Assembly (NCBI GenBank): GCA_016182095.1
Contig: JACOXY010000011.1
Span: 67,794-131,793 of the forward strand
DNA from: Candidatus Liptonbacteria bacterium
Lineage (GTDB): Bacteria; Patescibacteriota; Minisyncoccia; UBA6257; JACOXY01
Direction of reading: 5' to 3'
DNA length: 64,000 nt
Position 1 is the first letter of the stretch, and each line of letters begins with the position of its first letter. This document shows, one piece after another, positions 47,035 through 56,621 of this stretch. The notes below the pieces were generated by a model. The model saw nothing but the letters and a program-made list of their open reading frames with translations, searched no databases and was not told where the DNA came from. The position numbers were made by a program, and so were the translations under genes.

Positions 47035-47227
47035 GCTGAAGATCGACAAGCGTTACAAAGTCGCCTCTTTTGAGCTCTTTTCTGCCTCGCTCAACTGCTT
47101 TTTTTTCTTTTGCAGTTAAATGTGTCACGGGAATAGAGCGCTCCAACAATTTCTCATACTCTTTGCGAGGCAAAACAATTAAGTCGCCGTCTTTGGTAAG
47201 TTTTTTGGGTATTGTAATTATTGTCAT
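47000..47227 (-). CDS. Putative antitoxin
   Basis: 75 aa, upstream of and overlapping the toxin; LIVLPRKEYE.L and G.KE..RG motifs. Confidence 0.8.
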   Translation of the reverse strand: MTIITIPKKLTKDGDLIVLPRKEYEKLLERSIPVTHLTAKEKKAVERGRKELKRGDFVTLVDLQHELRGSRSQKR

Positions 47228-47281
47228 GATTTAAAAGTACCACGTAAAAATATAAAAATCAATGAAGTTTGTAATTTCGTA

Positions 47282-48130
47282 CTATTTTGCAATTTCGCAA
47301 AGTTTATAAAAGTTCTCCAAAAGTTTCGCAACCAGTATCGGGCCGGTACCGTGAGGGGTGGGAGTATAGGAAATAGGGTTTAGGCTAAAGCCCGATGGGC
47401 TCGCCCGTCTAGGGGTTTGGGGTTTAGGGTCTAGTGAAGAAGAATCAAAGTCACCTTTGCCGTTGTCGTAGCCAAAGTCAATAACGACCGCTTCTTCGTT
47501 CAACATGTCTGGCTTTATAATACCGGCTTTACCAACACCAGAAATTACGAGGTTGGCTTCCTTTAAGAGCAAGAAGTCGCTTCCTTCGTCAAAGAGAATA
47601 ATTTCTTTCGCTTTGCCTTGAAGCCACACCGATATCGGTTTCCCGACCAAAAACCCCAAGCCGACTACTGCAACCTTGCTAGTTGATAGGGTATAGCCAA
47701 TAACCAATAGTATATCCTGTAAAGTACCGACGGCAGGGGGCAAAACCGGATTCCGGCCGGTATAAAACGCTCCGAGCGTGCGCTCGCCCAAAACATCCAC
47801 GTCCTTCTCGCGCGGGATAACATTTAAAATATAGTGCTTCTTCACGTGCTCCGGAAGCGGGAGCTGAACTATTATCCCCCCGCAAGTCCTATGATTTGCG
47901 ATTTTTAAAACTTCTTCGCGTAATTCGTCATTCTTTACTGTTTCCGGGAACTCATACAAACGGAAGTCTATGCCCAGCTCTTTAGCGGCTTTTTCTTTTT
48001 GTTTTATAAAACTCTTTGATGCCTCATCGTCGTCAACAAGCACGGCAGCCAAAAAATTTTTGGGTTTGGGCTGTGCCTTCAGTTTTTCTAAAATATTTTC
48101 TGCTATCTGTTTTCCATTTATAATTGCCAT
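47282..48130 (-). CDS. folD: Bifunctional methylene-THF dehydrogenase/cyclohydrolase
   Basis: INGK..A, GIIVQLPLP, KDVD, VG.G.LVGKP, VIDFG, TP.P.GTGP. Confidence 0.9.
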   Translation of the reverse strand: MAIINGKQIAENILEKLKAQPKPKNFLAAVLVDDDEASKSFIKQKEKAAKELGIDFRLYEFPETVKNDELREEVLKIANHRTCGGIIVQLPLPEHVKKHYILNVIPREKDVDVLGERTLGAFYTGRNPVLPPAVGTLQDILLVIGYTLSTSKVAVVGLGFLVGKPISVWLQGKAKEIILFDEGSDFLLLKEANLVISGVGKAGIIKPDMLNEEAVVIDFGYDNGKGDFDSSSLDPKPQTPRRASPSGFSLNPISYTPTPHGTGPILVAKLLENFYKLCEIAK

Positions 48131-48151
48131 AGTATTAAATTGCTCATTTTA

Positions 48152-48202
48152 GGACTTCCGATGCCTCAAATATTATCTTAAGTTTTTGGACATCGGAAGT
48201 CC
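48152..48202. repeat. Palindromic element ggacttccgatg...catcggaagtcc
   Basis: Inverted ends; related to the asnB insert at 18852-18884. Confidence 0.7.
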
Positions 48203-48275
48203 AGAAATTATTTTGCCTCGCCCCTCCAGCAATGGAGAAGCGAGGCATCGGCCGGATCATCTGTTTTAATATGCG

Positions 48276-48674
48276 CTATAATCTACCCTTAACTGTCCGA
48301 GGGCGAATCGCAAACTGAATTACATTCCCGCTTTTTGGCAGGGGAAGGTCGGCGATATCGACTTTTCTCATTGCATTATAAAAAATTAGATACTGCCGCG
48401 GATCGCGACTGTTGCGCAGAAGCCGCAAACGCAAATGTTTGGGGCTAACTCCTAAATCAATTTTGAAGTCGTGGTAGTCCAGAATCCAGGCCGTGGCAAA
48501 AGCCAACTGATCGTCATTCTCCACAATTTTTAAATAATTAAGCATGGCCATTGCGCCTTCCCTTGAAACGAGCCCTTGAGCAGAAGATGGTAGGGCATCG
48601 CCCAATTCCGTGGAGGCAACGCCTGCGTGAACTGTCCTATTCAGTTCTCTAAGATGGACTTTTTTAAATAACAC
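48276..48674 (-). CDS. Hypothetical protein
   Basis: ORF with GGAG upstream and a hairpin downstream. Confidence 0.5.
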   Translation of the reverse strand: MLFKKVHLRELNRTVHAGVASTELGDALPSSAQGLVSREGAMAMLNYLKIVENDDQLAFATAWILDYHDFKIDLGVSPKHLRLRLLRNSRDPRQYLIFYNAMRKVDIADLPLPKSGNVIQFAIRPRTVKGRL

Positions 48675-48844
48675 CCCTTACTCCGTTTTATTAAAATGAC
48701 TCGCTACAACCAGTAATTCATTTTTATCCTCAGTTGTCAAGCGCTTCTACGAGGACGGGCCTCGTAGAGACCTAAACACAACAACAAATCCCGCAGAAAG
48801 GCGGGGTTTAATTTGGGTTTGATTTATGTTCGTATCTCACACTC

Positions 48845-49177
48845 CTATATCGCCGTGAAAAGATTTGAGCATACCCAGCCGCCATACTTCATATCAAGCA
48901 AAAACTGCTTTGTATCACGGTTGTCAAAATCAAAATAATCTTTATCTTTCTCTTCTTGTATTTTGCCACCAAGAAAAATGCCGTCTGTAAAGAGAAGTTT
49001 TAGCGAGCTGCCTGTATAGCAGCTATTTTTGTCTCTATAGGGCGCAACCGGTAAAATTTTCACGCACTCATAGGCAGCTTCCACTTGAGGAACTTTAGGA
49101 AAATTTATTTGTCTGTAAACAAAATAGGAAGTGAGAAGTAAAAAAATTAAGAGCAGCATCCGCAAGCGGAACCTCAA
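48845..49177 (-). CDS. Hypothetical membrane-anchored protein
   Basis: N-terminal TM; AAGGAG RBS; its stop overlaps a MITE end. Confidence 0.55.
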   Translation of the reverse strand: MRFRLRMLLLIFLLLTSYFVYRQINFPKVPQVEAAYECVKILPVAPYRDKNSCYTGSSLKLLFTDGIFLGGKIQEEKDKDYFDFDNRDTKQFLLDMKYGGWVCSNLFTAI

Positions 49178-49266
49178 GTTAGACTCCTTTTATTTGACTC
49201 TTGTTTAAGTATGGCACATAACCCAATATCACCAAAACTAAAAAAGAGGCCGCGTGGCCCCTCATA

Positions 49267-49488
49267 TCAGCTCAAGAAAATACACCCCCACAAATGCAAA
49301 GAAGACATAATTACAGCAATCATCAAAAACAAGCCAAAACTTACAAAAAACCAGGCCAGCAATGTTGATCCCTGATCCCGCGCCCGACCATCCCATAATA
49401 TGCGCCCTGGACTGTTCTTCCCTAAAAAATAATGATAGACAATCAAGCAAGCGCCCAACAACAAAATCAATTGTAATATGATGACCAC
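49267..49488 (-). CDS. Small two-TM hypothetical protein
   Basis: Two hydrophobic segments; directly follows glyA. Confidence 0.45.
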   Translation of the reverse strand: MVIILQLILLLGACLIVYHYFLGKNSPGRILWDGRARDQGSTLLAWFFVSFGLFLMIAVIMSSLHLWGCIFLS

Positions 49489-50799
49489 CTATCTTCTCCT
49501 TGCTAACGTTAGAACTGATTTCTTTATATCTGAAGAGTTGTTTGTAGTCAAGGCCATGTACATCAGCCGCGCAATATCGCGCATTTCTTTTTCCTTCATG
49601 CCGCGAGTAGTAACTGCCGGAGTGCCCAATCGCAACCCCGACGGCTTAAGGGGTGAGGTGTCGCCAGGAACGGTATTGCGATTCGCGATGATGCCAACTT
49701 TCTCCAGTTTCTTTTCAGCTGTCGCACCATCCAAGGCAACCCTTCGACTTGGTTCGGCTACGCTCACCACAGGTCGCTCATGGTCTAATTCTGATTGCCT
49801 TAAGTCAATCAGAATTAGGTGCGTATCCGTGCCGCCCGTTACTAAATAAAAACCCAATCTTGTAAGCTCATCCGCGAGTGCTTTAGCGTTTTTTATAATC
49901 TGCGCCTGATACTTTTTGAAGCTCGGCTGGGGCGCTTCGTAAAAAGCAATGGCCTTCGCCGCCGTCACGTTATTGTGCGGGCCGCCCTGAAGCCCGGGGA
50001 AAACAGCCCTGTCAATTGCTTCGGCAATGCTCAACTTGGTGACTTCGTAAGTCCTTGAAGACTTACGAAGTCTAAGCATTGGGTCTTTGCGCGCGAATAT
50101 CACTGCGCCTCTTGGACCACGAAGTGTTTTATGCGTAGTCGTCATCACCACATCCGCGTGTGGGAAGGGCGAGGGGTGGAGATCGGCCGCGACAAGTCCG
50201 GCAATGTGCGAGATGTCAGCCACATGATAAGCGCCGACTTTTTTGGCAATTTCGCCAAATCTTTTGAAATCAATAGCTCGCGGATAGGCGGTAAAGCCGG
50301 ACACGATAATTTTTGGTTTTTCTTTTTCAGCCAGTCGCCCCACCTCATCGTAGTTAATCCAGCCGTCTTTCCCCGTTACATATTGCGCCGACCTCCAAAA
50401 CTTTCCCGTCAAAGAAACGTGGTGCCCGTGCGTTAAGTGCCCGCCGGATGAGAGGGCCATACCCATTAAGGTATCGTTAGGATTCATGAGAGCGGCATAG
50501 ACTTCAAAATTCGCCGGAGAGCCGGAATAGGGCTGGACATTCACCGCCCACTCCTCGGGGTTAAGCCCAAAAAGATTCAAGGCGCGTTCTTTGGCAAGAT
50601 TTTCAATCTCATCATAGTATTGATTCCCAGGATAGTAGCGCCTCCCCGGGTACCCTTCAGAGTATTTATTGGTGAGCTCCGAACCCAGCGCTTCCAGAAC
50701 ATCCTTTGAAACAAAATTTTCCGACGCTATCAGGTTAATCGTCTCTTTCTGCCGCTTTTGCTCCAATTTAATAAGTTTTTGAATTTTTTTATCTTTCAT
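49489..50799 (-). CDS. glyA: Serine hydroxymethyltransferase with two in-frame inserts
   Basis: LIASEN, NKYSEGYPG.RYY, GGHLTHG, TTTHKTLRGPRG, FPGLQGGP, SGLRLGTPA.TTRG. Confidence 0.96.
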   Translation of the reverse strand: MKDKKIQKLIKLEQKRQKETINLIASENFVSKDVLEALGSELTNKYSEGYPGRRYYPGNQYYDEIENLAKERALNLFGLNPEEWAVNVQPYSGSPANFEVYAALMNPNDTLMGMALSSGGHLTHGHHVSLTGKFWRSAQYVTGKDGWINYDEVGRLAEKEKPKIIVSGFTAYPRAIDFKRFGEIAKKVGAYHVADISHIAGLVAADLHPSPFPHADVVMTTTHKTLRGPRGAVIFARKDPMLRLRKSSRTYEVTKLSIAEAIDRAVFPGLQGGPHNNVTAAKAIAFYEAPQPSFKKYQAQIIKNAKALADELTRLGFYLVTGGTDTHLILIDLRQSELDHERPVVSVAEPSRRVALDGATAEKKLEKVGIIANRNTVPGDTSPLKPSGLRLGTPAVTTRGMKEKEMRDIARLMYMALTTNNSSDIKKSVLTLARRR

Positions 50800-50877
50800 G
50801 AGCATAATCCTCATTAACAAATAACGTCCGAATGCTCCCGATATTCGTGGCATCCGGATATAATTCGCAAATTCGAA

Positions 50878-51819
50878 TTATATTAACGACAATATAGTTT
50901 TTGCAAGCTTATCGGGGTCGTGGCGTATAAGCTCGCGATTGCGCAAAAAATCTCCGACAATGGGGGTTGGTTTTGGCGGCAAATCACCGTGGCTTATTAA
51001 AAGCGATTTTTCTTCCGCGTATTTTTTGAGTCTTGCAAGCGAGGGCATCTTATTATTTATAATCACATAATCAAGAGACTCTCCGCCGATGGCATCGCTA
51101 ATCACTTTTATAAAATCTTCGGCGCTAAACCCGTTAGTCTCGCCGAATTTGGTCATCAAATTTACAATATAAATTTTCTTGGCTTTTGACGCCCGAAGCG
51201 CCTCTTTCATTCCGGCAACCAGCAAGTTGGGCATAATGCTTGTGAATAAATCACCGGGTCCGATAATTACCGCGCGAGCGTCTAAAATGGCTTTTTTGGC
51301 TTTGGGGTTAATTTGGGCGCCGGGCCTAAGCCAAACCTTTTTAATTTTTAGCCGCCCATCATGGTTTGGTATGTCAATGTTTGTTTCGCCCTTAATAAGG
51401 GTGCCATCCTCCAATGAGGCGTAAAGTTTTGAATTATTCAGTGTTACGGGAATCACCCTCCCGTCAACCGACAAAATTTTAGAAGCTTCGTGAATCGCGC
51501 TCGCAAAGTCACCGGTAATTCGCTCTAAGGCCGTTATCATCAGGTTGCCAAAGTTGTGCCCGGTAAGTCCCGCGCCTTTATTGAAGCGAAAATTAAAAAG
51601 ATCCGAGAGGATTTTGTTATCGGATCTGGATAGCGCCACCAGTGCGCGCCGGATATCGCCGGGCGGCAAAATGCCAAATTCTTCCCGCAAAATTCCGGTA
51701 GAGCCGCCATCGTCGGACATATTAACCACAGCAGCCAGATCAGTACTGTAATTTTTGAGTCCGGATAACACGGTAAAGACCCCGGTGCCGCCGCCTATTA
51801 CAACGATTTTCTTTTTCAT
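50878..51819 (-). CDS. Gluconeogenesis factor YvcK/UPF0052 family
   Basis: GGGTG, DDGGSTG, PPGDIR, GHNFGNL, GPGDLFTSI.PNL, RHDP.KLA. Confidence 0.92.
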   Translation of the reverse strand: MKKKIVVIGGGTGVFTVLSGLKNYSTDLAAVVNMSDDGGSTGILREEFGILPPGDIRRALVALSRSDNKILSDLFNFRFNKGAGLTGHNFGNLMITALERITGDFASAIHEASKILSVDGRVIPVTLNNSKLYASLEDGTLIKGETNIDIPNHDGRLKIKKVWLRPGAQINPKAKKAILDARAVIIGPGDLFTSIMPNLLVAGMKEALRASKAKKIYIVNLMTKFGETNGFSAEDFIKVISDAIGGESLDYVIINNKMPSLARLKKYAEEKSLLISHGDLPPKPTPIVGDFLRNRELIRHDPDKLAKTILSLI

Positions 51820-52051
51820 TCCGTTAGAAGCAGGCCACGCTTGCGTGACCGTGCAAATTTAGTTAAATAGTAAAAGTTTTTTAATCCTGTTAAATCTCGT
51901 TCGATAATAAACTCTATTGAGTTGCTTCTGTCTGGATTCGTCACTACCAGTATAATCGCGTTTTATTAATTTTGCGAGCCGCTTCCCGCTCCAAGTTGCA
52001 GGTCGAGCAACGAAAAAGGCCGCGTGAGTACGCAGCCACAAGTTTCAATTT

Positions 52052-52496
52052 TTATAAAATCCTGAGTTTTTCAAACCAATATTTCCACACTGGCTCCATA
52101 GTCAGATGCTTCATTTCACTGGGCGCATACCACCCAATAGCTTTTGCCGCTTCAGCATTTTTAAGTACCACACCTTCGGCTTCTACCGAATACAGATACC
52201 AATAATGAGACGAGACGCCTACCCTGCATAAGTTCCAAGCATAAGTTCCAAGGAACCTCTTCTCCAAATAAAAAAGCAATTCTCTGTATCTTTAGGCCAC
52301 TTTCTTCGCAAATCTTGCGGCAAAGCGCCCCCTCCACAGTTTCATCATCACCAATATGACCAGCAACCGCAGCAAAACCAAACGGTTCCATGTCTCTATC
52401 CATTAAAAGATACTTCCCATTTCTCATAATTACAGCGCCAACCGAATAATGCATCGGTTCGCCTTTTTGATTTCGTGTTAGCTTTGGTTCAGCCAT
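52052..52496 (-). pseudogene. NUDIX hydrolase split by a 13-bp tandem duplication
   Basis: Nudix-like box GHIGDDETVEGALCRKICEESGL; (gcataagttccaa)x2 at 52226-52251; removing one unit joins ORFs 52161-52496 and 52052-52279. Confidence 0.85.
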
Positions 52497-52506
52497 TATC
52501 TTCTTC

Positions 52507-53184
52507 TTACTTTTTCTTCAGAACAAGTTTGTATGGCAGAATATCAACATTTAGCGTTTCCGGAGTGCGTTCAAGGGGAATTTCTAAATAACCAATATGC
52601 TTGTCGTCTTCATCAACGAGTTCGACTGGTCGACTATAGAAAGGAGTGGTATAGCAATGACCACTTTTCAAAATCTGCGCGATTTCATAAGAACGGTTTA
52701 CCTCCCACTTATATTCATCTTTGATGTCTCGGAAAACGCCATCTAGTCCGATATTATAAGCTTCGACGCTATTTTCCGCGGCTCGTAAAGCTGAAACAGT
52801 TTCGGCATAAAGCCAATAGCGCAATTCGTTTTTCTTCTCCCAGTCTCCCCTCTCAACTTTAAATTGTGGAACTAGCTGGATAAAGCGCGTGATCGCATAG
52901 TTGAACTCTCCAAGATAAGCTCCTTCATAGCCATATTTAGCACCAGTTTCATAGATCGCCATGGCGAGATGCCATTCCGGTTCAACACCAACCAAGTTTG
53001 GGTCCGCGAGTATATCTCTTAAATTACCGGCAACCCCGACAAAAACCCGACCATAAATCTTGCGCAAAGAAAAGTTGTTTGTTATTTCTGCCGCGACACT
53101 TCTTGCAAGCGGCTCAAGGGCTGCATCAATAACTTCTCTATCGGTTGACTTGCCGTCAGTCTTCTTGCTTGGAACGTAAGGCAT
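52507..53184 (-). CDS. Conserved hypothetical protein, DUF6899-like
   Basis: MPYV......DRE.ID and GEFNYAITR motifs; by-eye family call. Confidence 0.65.
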   Translation of the reverse strand: MPYVPSKKTDGKSTDREVIDAALEPLARSVAAEITNNFSLRKIYGRVFVGVAGNLRDILADPNLVGVEPEWHLAMAIYETGAKYGYEGAYLGEFNYAITRFIQLVPQFKVERGDWEKKNELRYWLYAETVSALRAAENSVEAYNIGLDGVFRDIKDEYKWEVNRSYEIAQILKSGHCYTTPFYSRPVELVDEDDKHIGYLEIPLERTPETLNVDILPYKLVLKKK

Positions 53185-53545
53185 CTGCTTTCCTTTTTAT
53201 TTTTAACACTTCAAATTCTGATAAAAACTTAACATGGAACAAAAAAAAAGGCAAGTCTTGCAAAAACCCCTCACATATTGCGCAGCAACATTACGACATT
53301 CGCAATAATATTGGAATGTTGTTTAGAATACCCACGCACCTATTTCATATTTCATCTTCTACTTTGCTTGGTTTTGAGTGCGAAAGCGCCTGCGGCTTTA
53401 GCATTGCTAAAATAATATTTTACATCAAATAAGTGCGGGGTTCTGTTGCTTACAACTATATTTTGTTTATAAAAGCTCCAAAATATAGGTCAAGCAACGA
53501 AAAAAGAAGCCCTGTGCGGCTTCTTTGGCAAACGAATAACGAATT

Positions 53546-54244
53546 TTATACAACTCCCTTGCATTCACAAACATCTTTGTGGCACTTTTCACATTCATAT
53601 GGATATAAATTCCAGACCGCGCCCTCAACGCTAATTTCAAGGCGGGTCGCCAGAGCAAAAATCCATGAAGCAACATCCGCCATCTCATTGCATATGCCGC
53701 TCCAATTCCCATGCCGGTCTTCCTCACTTATTTCTCCCCACTCTTCAGAAACATGGGCGGCAATTTGGATGGGCATAATTCGAGCATTCTGCTGCTTATA
53801 CAGTCTGGCATGAAGAGATTGATGATCTGAAATAGAGAATGGTTCACGATTTGCATGATCGCGTCGCAGTCTGCGAAGTATGCTCTCTTTTTCTTCTTTG
53901 GAAATATCCGGATGTTCAACTCCACAGGTGCAATTTTGCTCGCGAAGGCAATGGCCACAGACGCCCGGGTATTTATGCCAAAGCGCCTCTTGCAAAACAA
54001 TTCTTTTTCTGCTTGCGAACGCGTTCCACCATGAGTAAATTCTTGGAAGCTGTGCCAAAAAATCTCTTCGATAATCTTTCCGCGCAATTTCCATAAGCTT
54101 AGATATTTCTTCTCCCAGACGGCGAAACAAGGCATCATCGCTGTATTTTTTATTAACTTTGCCGTAAATATAGCCAAACATCTCCTGATAGCCGGAAAGT
54201 GTTTTCGGCCGGATAAGCGCGACCGCGGAATCTCGCTGCGTCAT
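53546..54244 (-). CDS. Tandem MazG-like NTP pyrophosphohydrolase with two Cys clusters
   Basis: LGEEIS.L and SEEWGE...NEMADV; each domain followed by YP..C..C....C.C. Confidence 0.8.
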   Translation of the reverse strand: MTQRDSAVALIRPKTLSGYQEMFGYIYGKVNKKYSDDALFRRLGEEISKLMEIARKDYRRDFLAQLPRIYSWWNAFASRKRIVLQEALWHKYPGVCGHCLREQNCTCGVEHPDISKEEKESILRRLRRDHANREPFSISDHQSLHARLYKQQNARIMPIQIAAHVSEEWGEISEEDRHGNWSGICNEMADVASWIFALATRLEISVEGAVWNLYPYECEKCHKDVCECKGVV

Positions 54245-54329
54245 TTCGGGGTCCTTTTTAGATTATTCTACCCTTTTTATACCTTAATATAATCAAAAAA
54301 ACAACCAATAAGACTGTTTTTTATTTGGG

Positions 54330-54402
54330 GGTGCCCAACGAGGATCGAACTCGTATCAGGAGTTCCACAAACTCCGGTGTTAACCATTACACCATGGGCA
54401 CC
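54330..54402 (-). tRNA. tRNA-His(GUG)
   Basis: G-1 and C73; anticodon arm ggagt-TTGTGGA-actcc. Confidence 0.92.
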
Positions 54403-54503
54403 ATATTTTTCTTTATCCTCTCATAACATAACTATACTTGCAAACCCAACGCTCTGTGACAGAACGTCGGGTTTGCACAAGAAAAAATCCGTATCCCAGG
54501 TTT

Positions 54504-54839
54504 TTAAACTGAAAACGAAGTGCCGCAGCCACAGGAGCTTTTGGCGTTAGGATTATGGAATATGAAGCTACTTTGAGCTATGGTGGATTTGAAATCTATC
54601 TCGCACCCCATGAGGTATACAAAACTTTTACGGTCAATCACGAGATGAACCTCTCCGCCAGTTGAAAGCGTATATTTCCCCACCCGGTCGTGTGGATTTG
54701 CGGCATCCGCGGTTTCCATATGATATGAAAGCCCGGAACATCCCCCTCCCACTATCTTAATCCGCATGAATTGTTTTTGTTCTCTTGTCAGAACTTCTTT
54801 GATTTTTTGCAAAGCCGCTTCGGTTACTACCAATGACAT
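54504..54839 (-). CDS. iscA: A-type Fe-S cluster carrier (IscA/ErpA/HesB family)
   Basis: GGGCSGLSY and NPNAKSSCGCGTSF. Confidence 0.92.
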   Translation of the reverse strand: MSLVVTEAALQKIKEVLTREQKQFMRIKIVGGGCSGLSYHMETADAANPHDRVGKYTLSTGGEVHLVIDRKSFVYLMGCEIDFKSTIAQSSFIFHNPNAKSSCGCGTSFSV

Positions 54840-54868
54840 TTGACGCTCCTCTTTTTTACATGAGCCTC

Positions 54869-55267
54869 TTATAGCATAAAAGAATTCGGCAAATAAGCAA
54901 AGAAGTGACGATATGCTATCGCGAAAAACACACAGCCGGCAAATATCACCGCGATCAAAACCGCGCTCGCGGTAATATCTTTACTAATCCTAATTAACTC
55001 GTGGCGTTCCGGATGGATGCGCTCCAGAGCCCGCTCAAAGGCAGTATTAATAAGTTCAGTTATAAAAATTAACGCGAGCGAGAGCGCCAAAAATAAAATC
55101 TCATAATTTTCCAAAGGCCAAAAAAAATATCCAAATATGGGAATAATGGGGCTTGCCCACATCTCCATGCGAAAACTTTGGTCATGCTTGTAGGCAAGCC
55201 GAAGACCGCGAAAAGCATTCATAAAACTATTTATAATTTTTTTAAACATAAAATAATTATGCAACAT
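54869..55267 (-). CDS. Diacylglycerol/undecaprenol kinase (DgkA family)
   Basis: SF..AF.GL, ELINTA.E, KD..A.AV motifs. Confidence 0.88.
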   Translation of the reverse strand: MLHNYFMFKKIINSFMNAFRGLRLAYKHDQSFRMEMWASPIIPIFGYFFWPLENYEILFLALSLALIFITELINTAFERALERIHPERHELIRISKDITASAVLIAVIFAGCVFFAIAYRHFFAYLPNSFML

Positions 55268-55299
55268 AAAATCAGCTTTATAAAGCTGATTTTATGTTG
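55262..55299. repeat. 38-bp perfect palindrome
   Basis: caacataaaatcagcttta|taaagctgattttatgttg. Confidence 0.9.
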
Positions 55300-55341
55300 G
55301 GCATACCGCCCAAAGTTGCCTGCACTAAACTAGCCGAAGTG

Positions 55342-55412
55342 TGCCGCAGGGCAGAATCGAACTGCCTTCAATCGCTCTTCAGGCGAGTGCTTTACCATTA
55401 AGCTACTGCGGC
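55342..55412 (-). tRNA. tRNA-Phe(GAA)
   Basis: GCCGCAG/CTGCGGC-A; anticodon loop CTGAAGA. Confidence 0.9.
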
Positions 55413-55541
55413 ATATTAAATTGTTGAGTGTATCCTACACTAATTTTTTAAATCCTTCAATACTTTGTACTTTACAAAAAATTTTTAGGTGATACGCTAC
55501 GGATAGTTAATTGAATTGAAAAAAACAATAGGGGTTTTCGG

Positions 55542-56363
55542 ATGAAGTCATTGACAACGCTAATCTGCGCAATGGTTATCATGGTTTTCGCAAGTAGCGC
55601 TTCCGCCTACTACGAGTCAGAACAGTGCCACGGTGATTTTGAAGTTCTTTTGAAGCAGGGGCTCGACAGGGTGGCGTGGATTGAACCAAAAGAACTTTTC
55701 GCGCTTAAAACAGAAATCCAGAAAATCAGCACTGTTGAGGGAAGTCGTACGGCGATAGTTTTGTATGGCAAAACCATTCCGGCGGCTTATCTAATTGGAT
55801 GGAATGTGTTAAGCGGCGAAGAACCGAATAAATATGTGACACCAGAAGCTCGGGCTGTGTTCCAAAAAACAGCTTATCAAAAAATTACGCGCGTCATTTG
55901 TCCGCAACACCGAACGGGTTGGGATTTGAAGGGGTTATCTTCCACAATACAAGAGGTAGCTTTTTGGTGGGGACTCTATCAAGATACGGAATATTCTCTT
56001 GCCTTTAACAAAGCCCTAAAGAAAAGATTTGACGAGTTGTGGAACCCGTTTTTCAAAAGCTATAGTGAAGAGAAAAAGCAATGGCCATACACAATAGCGA
56101 ACTCATTGGGTGTATATACTGACACTACTTTTACAGTCTTAAAAATTTCCATTTACATCAACGTTGCCCTTTGGGATGGCGATGGCGCAACTTATGAGCC
56201 GACCTTCACCGAACTTCAGGGGCGCAAAACTTATCTAAAAGAATTTCATTTTACGAAAAATATCTCTGGCGACAGAAGAAAATTAAGAGAAGCGCTTGAC
56301 GAGTTGGGCGCGAAATACGCCGATACAATTTTTGAAACTTTCAAAAACGAACTTACAAAATAA
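55542..56363 (+). CDS. Secreted hypothetical protein
   Basis: Sec signal ending ASA; terminator-like hairpin over the stop (56357-56382). Confidence 0.7.
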   Translation: MKSLTTLICAMVIMVFASSASAYYESEQCHGDFEVLLKQGLDRVAWIEPKELFALKTEIQKISTVEGSRTAIVLYGKTIPAAYLIGWNVLSGEEPNKYVTPEARAVFQKTAYQKITRVICPQHRTGWDLKGLSSTIQEVAFWWGLYQDTEYSLAFNKALKKRFDELWNPFFKSYSEEKKQWPYTIANSLGVYTDTTFTVLKISIYINVALWDGDGATYEPTFTELQGRKTYLKEFHFTKNISGDRRKLREALDELGAKYADTIFETFKNELTK

Positions 56364-56621
56364 GCGCTCCAGCGCTTATTTTTTGACTTGTGTCCAGTAT
56401 TCTTGAAATAGTGCGAACCGTTTTCGCCGCCTGCGGCGGCGAGGAAAGCCCCCCGCGAAAAATCCGAAAGGCAGCGGAGCCGCACCGATGACAATTTCAA
56501 GTTTTTCTTTGGCGGCAATTTAATTATGAATTTAATTCAATTAAAAATCAAACATAATAAAAAGAAAAAACCCGCTAGGTCCGAAGACATAGCGGGAAGC
56601 AGTTGGTCTGCTCAGTCCTTG

